Origin: Coraliomargarita sp.
Lineage (GTDB): Bacteria; Verrucomicrobiota; Verrucomicrobiia; Opitutales; Coraliomargaritaceae
Length of the DNA: 64,000 nt
NCBI GenBank assembly: GCA_965216325.1
Contig: OZ244160.1
Coordinates: forward strand, 2,336,001 to 2,400,000
Reading direction: 5' to 3'
Below, one piece after another: positions 60,301 through 64,000 of the stretch. The notes beneath the pieces were generated by a model, which ran no database searches, was not told the DNA's origin, and saw nothing but the letters and a program-made list of their open reading frames with translations. The first letter of the stretch is position 1, and the number at the start of each line of letters is the position of its first letter. Made by a program: the position numbers and the translations under genes.

Positions 60301-61109
60301 ACTATAGCTCGCACGATGCCGTCTTCGATGGAGTCTTCAATCCGGCGATCAACATCGTGACCGGTGACACTGGCCTCACTGCCTTCGTGAGTTTCGACCC
60401 CGCGACTTCGGACGTGATCCTGACAATCGTTGAGGAGGTGCTCTGGGATGGCGAAGGGGGCGACAACTCCTGGCTCACCGCGGCCAACTGGAGTAGCGAC
60501 GCCGCACCAGCGGTTGACGACTGGCTCCGTGTTGGCAGTGGTGCAAGCGTGATCAACGCAGAACGCGATTTCACTTCGCTGCACATTGAATCCGGCGCAA
60601 GCGTAACCTTCAGCCAAGAGTTTCTCGATACCAACTACTTCGTCGTCGAGGGCAGCCTGGACAAGAGCGGCGTGTTCCGCTTGCAGAGTTCGGTGATCGA
60701 ACTGCATGGCAGTCTCGGTGCTTCGATTACCTTCCTCGATACCAATGGGGCGACCATTGATTTCTACGATGGTGCGGCCTTCGACAACAGCAACATGCAC
60801 TTCGAGCACAAAGGCTCGAATACCTTCGGCTATATCCTGTCAGAATCCGGTTTCACTACGCTCAATGCTGCCGGCCTCTGGGGCGCTGGCTGGACGGGTG
60901 TCACCTTCGACATCGATCTCTCCGCCTATGATATTAACAACGGCAGCACGATCGTGCTGGTCGATTACAGTTCGCATGCCGCAGCGTATGACGGAGCCTT
61001 CGATCCTGCCGCAGTGAATATCATCGCGGGCGACAGTGGATTGGATGCGACCCTAAGCTACGACGCCGTGAACTCCTCACTCGTGCTGACTGTTTTCTCC
61101 GCGAATTAA
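51387..61109 (+). CDS. Giant (about 3,240 aa) secreted modular poly-esterase
   Basis: Signal peptide; 3 SASA/CE6-like domains (GQSN, W.QGE); 1 GDSL domain (GDSITEG, GGND, DGVHP); 3 DLTA.G..DWG beta-modules; 2 Ig/ASH-like domains; 8 YxITFxNVD repeats; 4 WxG..D..W...ANW modules. Confidence 0.8.
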   Translation: MKLPLINLSKALSVCALLALSLQTLAHAAGINVSLVQSNHGTSGSTPIDLTAEGDMDWGVFANSTLSPSTRMSGGSGLASIAYLGGSADAFYNFYSQNSYNWTNGNSPPTGSNNLTTNANMTSDGDGLRMSFNVATPGTYRLKFYATTSATNLRATATLSSGNVSDSATGTVPGGLEKYEFTVDFTADTSDTLTLDVAKDGGQSILAYEAFSLSAVDVTPVPNLNVDSSFTFENASTPESFQIPYSNNGQQPLSISSVNLGGADAQYFTVNSYASSLAVGANGTLALNFNPSGDRIYNATLTIASNDSDSPSTVVNISVNSGNVSQEIDIFILAGQSNANGQGMVNSLTPQQAGPHDALIYTSWHTRAGDAYTDQNHSGWLDEILAGETRSDWHTSVNFGGSPWFGPEVGFVARANAINLTNGRQIAIIKYAVDGSNLNLWQPGGICWSGLTNTLNLAVAGLESEGYTPNFAGMIWWQGENGTTVGGLNGFIGHVRNHLANTFGLQDSANFPVVITGNDAWGAGLKTGVADNDDDVEFVNSYEYGQNVIVHVGSNEGPNDVTGNGVNDMYDIGEAYADQLALIFEPSEATPPPTGGGDIVDVFIATGQSNAVYPMDNQYGFGRGIQDALTASGQFSNPTVVMDGDGGRPIAYWWAEFWPGPYTGYDDDFFDTNGSGTGKLEAKLNEIIANGDTPRFRGVFWWQGESDGLGPYADANTSQADYETRWNGLLAQLDADLQAAGVSSNDYKFVVNTVAESGDQINNILTAIANGDSRGAIYDALNSPYHDQNIIVEPSYGNLHDYNHFAVGQANVQLFIDSFLGNSATYTITFINVDGSVTTQTVNEGVVATPPAGVNTADKTFTAWPTVVPATADATYTAEYTQNGGGGDIVDVFIATGQSNAAWPWDSVNQVGTFQFGAGVQAALTASGRFSNPTVVRQGEPGMAIENWFKDGAPQWAYGKNFFGTYQGVTAALEAKIAEIEAAGNTPRFRGVFWFQGEADGVGTAQQLNTPESVYTERWNGLLSQLTSDVGTGDYFFVMNTVGNSGNYINSILTNITNANPRGALFNTQVVPYRTNFQDIHGYDHYAVGEANVQLFITNFVDNNPVGGPYTITFVNVDDSITTQVVNDGVIPTPPPGVNTANRTFTGWPTIAVATEDATYTALYTNSGNGASSIDVSLAQSAHAGSATTVDLTAEGALDWGVFSNSPLAPSTRMSGGAGYTGMSYIGGSTESFYNFYSQNNYSWTNGSPDATGSNNLTSNADFGANGDGVRLTFNVDAAGTYQVKFYATTSDTNLSATASLQNGSVSDLVDGTLETGLQRYEYTVEFTTDGADTLTLDIVKSGGSVIFAYEAYSFAAVTSDTPASLAISSEVELYNEVSTETYLIDFSNDGLGDALTVSSVTLGGADAAYFTVDSFTTPVAQGEAGDIELSFNPTDGERTYDVTLTIVSNDPESSSTVVDVIVDSASLRLGKIICIGDSITEGWAERPAGDGNWSWRYAFWKHLVDHNVSHEFVGTRTGNYHLSQSDAVSVYPDYAGESFVNRHEAIWGLTALERGDSAPTYLAALKDLGETPDTAVVFLGGNDIGWDSSVTAETVRDRIKVIVDNLQGDLGDSGNPDIRILLVSILPRFTLDGGGAYTVPVAENTHYAAINSLLQTLATDEATASSEVTYLDLATSFNSASNVFYDGVHPNGAGEQMEADAIFGALVDVASSYTITFINVDGSQTVQTVGEGEVATAPPGVNTADRTFTAWPTIVPATADATYTAQYTINVSASISVSLTQSASGGQGSSAVDLTADGGLDWGAWNGELTVPGETMAGGYGLTSLTAIGATSFDGGFFNGQNNYSWSNGSPTTVGSTTLAGNGTIAAQGDGVRLTVNVAASGSYQLKFYTTTYDVNLNATASLASGGVSDTVAGSYVVNGTEKYVYTVDFTTAGPDTLSLDLVKSGGANAIFAYEAFSLKSTDGGNPQPTTYEITFINVDGSQTTQTVNAGQVATPPPGVNTADKTFTAWPTVAPANADATYTALYEDVVNTYEITFINVDGSQNTQTVDEGEVATPPPGVSTADKTFTGWPTVAPATADATYTALYEAVVNTYEITFINVDGSQSSQTVDEGQVATPPPGVNDGDKIFTDWPTIAPASEDATYTANYQVNVGAVNITWDGGAADNLWTSAANWDSDLLPVNGDIIAIANGDTVDIPANDWSLAGGITVNVAGNSQITNSSAAARLYGAMVFNFAAGSGLSGAYIDLYDGTLNFDDGATFTPNNIQHRGTTTYGLTLSSTGFTTLLPGTLHDAGNEDWSDVTFNLDVSNYDTANGLVVELIDYAGHAAAYDGSFSPIVNVEAGASGLTGELSFDTASSKVIYTFDTTYVITFINVDGSQTTQTVVQGEVAQPPAGVNFGDRIFDGWPTVAPASADATYTANYQVDVGAVDRTWSGGAGDNLWTTAANWSGGIVPANGDVIAVANGGTIDMPANDWSLPTGITVNVAGNSQIDNSSAAARLYGAMTFNFAAGSGLSGAWIDLEGGTLNFEDGATFTANNIQHRGTTTYGITLSNTGFATLTPGALHSGVDEDWSDVTFNIDASNYDTANGMVLELIDFASHGAAYDANFNPIVNLIDGGSGLTGVLFFDTASSKVIYTFDTKYDITFINVDGSQTTQTVLEGEVATPPAGVDFGNRFFTGWPSIAPATADATYTANDYEVVGGVDSSWSGGAGDDLWTTASNWSGAVLPASGSTIVIAHGGTVDIPANDWSLPSGITVHVIANSQIGNSTAAARLYGAMSFNFASGSGLSGAWIDLQDGTLYFEDGATFTANNIQHRGTTTYGLTLSETGFTTLTPGNLYNGVDEDWSDVTFNLDVSDYDPANGLTIDLIDYSSHAAAYGGSFNPTLNLIDNGNGLSGALVFDAATSTVSFVIDYYVGADGSSFHYVLAPSGYVPIQEGQLASGGGTWADVSFTVDISNYDYQGDVSLVLSDYSSHDAVFDGVFNPAINIVTGDTGLTAFVSFDPATSDVILTIVEEVLWDGEGGDNSWLTAANWSSDAAPAVDDWLRVGSGASVINAERDFTSLHIESGASVTFSQEFLDTNYFVVEGSLDKSGVFRLQSSVIELHGSLGASITFLDTNGATIDFYDGAAFDNSNMHFEHKGSNTFGYILSESGFTTLNAAGLWGAGWTGVTFDIDLSAYDINNGSTIVLVDYSSHAAAYDGAFDPAAVNIIAGDSGLDATLSYDAVNSSLVLTVFSAN

Positions 61110-61145
61110 GTTCTAGCAACGAATCTTGTCCAAAGAGATACAGCG

Positions 61146-61180
61146 CGCCCGGATCGATTCATCGGTCCGGGCGTTGTTTG
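61146..61180 (+). terminator. Probable terminator after the giant protein gene
   Basis: Stem cgcccggatcgat / atcggtccgggcg followed by ttgtttg. Confidence 0.65.
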
Positions 61181-61372
61181 TATCCAGTGAGGAGCACTAT
61201 CGCGACTGAAACGTTGTGCGCGAAAGAAGTTGATTGCAGAAGTTGGGGCTAGCTAAGCCCATTCCTGATAGTGGTTCTTATTGTTGGTCTAGCGTGGAGG
61301 ACGAACGGATTGAAAGTGAAACTGAATGTGCGGCGCGGGACGCGCCGAGTCACTACCTTAAGGGGATTTTCT

Positions 61373-61523
61373 GGTAGGGCAGCCTCGCCGAGGCTGCCGT
61401 TCGCCCGCTTGTTACGAATGACTTAAAGCCTTAGGATGGCTGTTCTGTAGGGTTCGGTGATCCACATTGTCTGGGGTTTCGGTATTGTTTGCCGAACGGT
61501 CGCCTCGGCGAGGCGACCCTACC
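61373..61523. repeat. GTAG REP doublet (REPIN-like), family A
   Basis: ggtagggcagcctcgccgaggctgccgttcg..cgaacggtcgcctcggcgaggcgaccctacc. Same family as 5041-5158, opposite orientation. Confidence 0.85.
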
Positions 61524-61779
61524 TTTTCATTAAGCTGAAATTAGGCTTCGCTGACGAGACTGTAGGACATGGAAGGAACGGCTATAGAGACAGAGTTGAG
61601 ATTTTCGCTTGGCAGCCGCTTTTGCAAAAGACACCAGAGGCATCCCCCTCTGATATTGTGTAAATGTATTGTAATACACTGTTTGGAAGAGGCTTTGCGG
61701 CCAAATATCGCACGTATGAGCGATGTGGGTAATGCAGCACTCTGGTATGGTTCGGCCTTTCAAAAACTCCCCCGATCTA

Positions 61780-64000
61780 ATGAGAAAGTCTCTATCTGTT
61801 TTCGCCTTATTTGTATGTCTGTCACTGCAGGCTCTGGTTCATGCGGCGGTTGTCGATGTCTTCGTCGCTACCGGGCAGTCCAATGCTGCGTGGCCTTGGG
61901 ATAGTGAGAACCAAGTCGGCACTTTCCAATTCGGTGTGGGTGTGCAGGACGCACTGGATGCCTCGGGGCTCTTCTCGAATCCGACCGTGGTGATTGGCGG
62001 TGTGCCCGGTCAGGAGATTGCTGCCTGGTATAATGACTCGGGCGCAAATGGTTTATATAATACCGAGTTTTTCGACACGACCGCAGTGGGAACGGGTGCT
62101 CTGGAAGCCAAGATCGCTGAGATTATTGGCAATGGCGATACGCCACGCTTTCGGGGTGTCTTCTGGTTCCAGGGCGAAGCGGATGGCTTGAACGGCACAG
62201 AGGCATCGTATACCTCGAGATGGAACGGCTTACTGGGGCAACTGGCGTCCGACGTTGGCAGCAACGATTTTAACTATGTGATGAATCGGGTTGGTAACTC
62301 TGGCACACTGATTAACGATACCTTAGCTGCGATCACCAATGCCGATGCTCGTGGTGCCTTGTTTGATACACAGGTCGCGCCGTATCGAACCAACACGGCC
62401 GACATTCATGGTTACGATCACTATGCGGTGGGACAGGCCAATGCACAGCTCTTCATCGATACCTTTGTGCGTCCGGTTGATATCTTTATTGTGGCAGGGC
62501 AGTCGAACGCGAATGGGCAGGGGCTCGTCAGTGAGTTAACTGTTCCGCAAAGCACGCAGGATGCGATGTTCTACAGTTCATGGCATTTGCAGGCCTTTAA
62601 CGCAGAGTCCACTCAGTATTATACAAACTGGCTAGCGCAGACGGTTGCGGGGCAAACTCGATCGACCGGTAATGTGAGCTCCACCTTTGGTAATAGTAGC
62701 TGGTTTGGCCCTGAGGTGGGCTTTGTGGCCAGAGCCAATGAAATCAATCTGACTGCAAATCCGATGGGTATTCTGAAGTATGCAGTAGATGGCTCTGCGT
62801 TAACCAGCGATGTGAATTTTTCAGACTGGGATTTATCGGCTGCGACCTTGAATGATGGAGACTGTTGGAGGGGCTTTCAGGCTGCGCTGAGCGATGCGGT
62901 GACCAAGCTGCAGAATGACGGGCACACTCCAAATTTCAAAGGCATGATTTGGTGGCAAGGTGAGAATGGCACCAATGCCACGGATTTGAACGCCTTTGTC
63001 GCAGCGGTGCGAAGTCACCTCGCAAGCAACTACGGCATTCAGAATGAATCGGAGTTCCCGATTGTGATTACTGGCAATGACTTCTGGGGGGCGGGCCTGA
63101 AAGCTGGAGTCTCGGATTTGGATGATGCGGTTGGTTTTATTGACTCGGTGACATATGGTCAAATTGCCGGTTACACGAATGTTCACCTTGGTAGCGGGCA
63201 AGGTGGCAATCTGACTGACGTTACCGGCAATGGCATCAACGATATGTATGACATCGGTGTGGCCTATGCCGATGAGATGGCTGTGCTATTGAGCGCTGCG
63301 GTGACACCTCCTCCAAGTGGGCCGGATGTGTCATGGGATGGTGGGGCCGGTGATGGCTTGTGGACTTCGGAGGTAAACTGGAGCGGTGATGCGCTGCCTG
63401 CCAGCGGCGATACGATTGAGATCAGTAATGGCGACACGGTGGATATGCCTGCGAATTTCTTTGCGCCGACAAATTCTACTACGGATGTATCCGGTGGATC
63501 ACAATTGACCAATTCGGGTGCAGCCGCCCGGCTAACTTCAGGTGCAGTGATCAATTTCGCCAGCGGCAGTGGTCTATCGGGCGCGTATATCGATCTCAAT
63601 TCTGGAACGATCAACTTTGTTGATGGCGCGACTTTAACTGTTGCGAATATACAACACCGTGGCGATGTGACTTACGGTATTACGTTTTCGAGCAATGGCT
63701 TCGCAACGCTGACTCCGGGGGCGCTGCACGATGCCGGAAATGAAGACTGGTCGAATGTGACCTTTAATCTCGATTTTGCGAACTACGATAGTGCGAACGG
63801 TGCAGTCGTAGAGTTGATCGACTATACCGGTCATGCGACAGTTTACAACGGCAGCTTCAATCCGACCGTAAACGTTGAGGCTGGGGATACCGGCCTGACA
63901 GGCACGCTGTCTTTCGATACTGCTAGCTCTAAAGTTATCTATACCTTCAATAGTGCGCCGACACCTCCTCCAAGTGGGCCGGATGTGTCATGGGATGGTG
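61780..64000 (+). CDS. Second giant modular esterase (paralog of 51387-61109), truncated by the window end and absent from the ORF track
   Basis: Hand translation from ATG 61780 gives MRKSLSVFALFVCLSLQALVHA-AVVDVFVATGQSNAAWPW..FWFQGEADG..DIHGYDHY, then a second domain IVAGQSNANG..WWQGENG, then a WDGGAGDGLW module. No stop seen; the same frame reads at the window end. Confidence 0.88.
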   Translation, partial: MRKSLSVFALFVCLSLQALVHAAVVDVFVATGQSNAAWPWDSENQVGTFQFGVGVQDALDASGLFSNPTVVIGGVPGQEIAAWYNDSGANGLYNTEFFDTTAVGTGALEAKIAEIIGNGDTPRFRGVFWFQGEADGLNGTEASYTSRWNGLLGQLASDVGSNDFNYVMNRVGNSGTLINDTLAAITNADARGALFDTQVAPYRTNTADIHGYDHYAVGQANAQLFIDTFVRPVDIFIVAGQSNANGQGLVSELTVPQSTQDAMFYSSWHLQAFNAESTQYYTNWLAQTVAGQTRSTGNVSSTFGNSSWFGPEVGFVARANEINLTANPMGILKYAVDGSALTSDVNFSDWDLSAATLNDGDCWRGFQAALSDAVTKLQNDGHTPNFKGMIWWQGENGTNATDLNAFVAAVRSHLASNYGIQNESEFPIVITGNDFWGAGLKAGVSDLDDAVGFIDSVTYGQIAGYTNVHLGSGQGGNLTDVTGNGINDMYDIGVAYADEMAVLLSAAVTPPPSGPDVSWDGGAGDGLWTSEVNWSGDALPASGDTIEISNGDTVDMPANFFAPTNSTTDVSGGSQLTNSGAAARLTSGAVINFASGSGLSGAYIDLNSGTINFVDGATLTVANIQHRGDVTYGITFSSNGFATLTPGALHDAGNEDWSNVTFNLDFANYDSANGAVVELIDYTGHATVYNGSFNPTVNVEAGDTGLTGTLSFDTASSKVIYTFNSAPTPPPSGPDVSWDG

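Overview
The window looks like part of a marine Verrucomicrobia-like (Opitutales/Puniceicoccaceae-type) chromosome; this is inferred from gene content and protein style, not from a marker gene. It has three parts. (1) About 0.2-21 kb: housekeeping genes (hisN-like, DEDDh exonuclease, fmt, Rid/chorismatase-like protein, a voltage-gated ion channel with a TLEDWTD filter, namZ, glycerate kinase, rne/rng, rodA, mgtE, argG, a porin), interspersed with many GTAG-type REP/REPIN palindromes and short 6-8 nt tandem repeats. (2) About 21-35 kb: a complete divergent methylmalonyl-CoA cluster (mutase alpha and beta, epimerase, Na+-pumping decarboxylase subunits, CoA-transferase, MeaB), then a few small genes and tRNA-His. 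(3) About 35-64 kb: a locus for degrading sulfated/acetylated fucose-containing glycans (2 sulfatases, GH29, 2 divergent GH-like proteins, a Na+:solute symporter, SGNH esterases). It ends in a 3,240-aa modular poly-esterase and a shuffled paralog that runs off the window and is missing from the ORF track. The most striking element is an IS110/IS1111-family element (8426-9903) inserted at the AG of a GTAG REP. Its 3' non-coding region contains two internal loops whose unpaired strands match the reconstructed target site and the donor (circle) junction, i.e. a readable bridge-RNA-guided recombinase.
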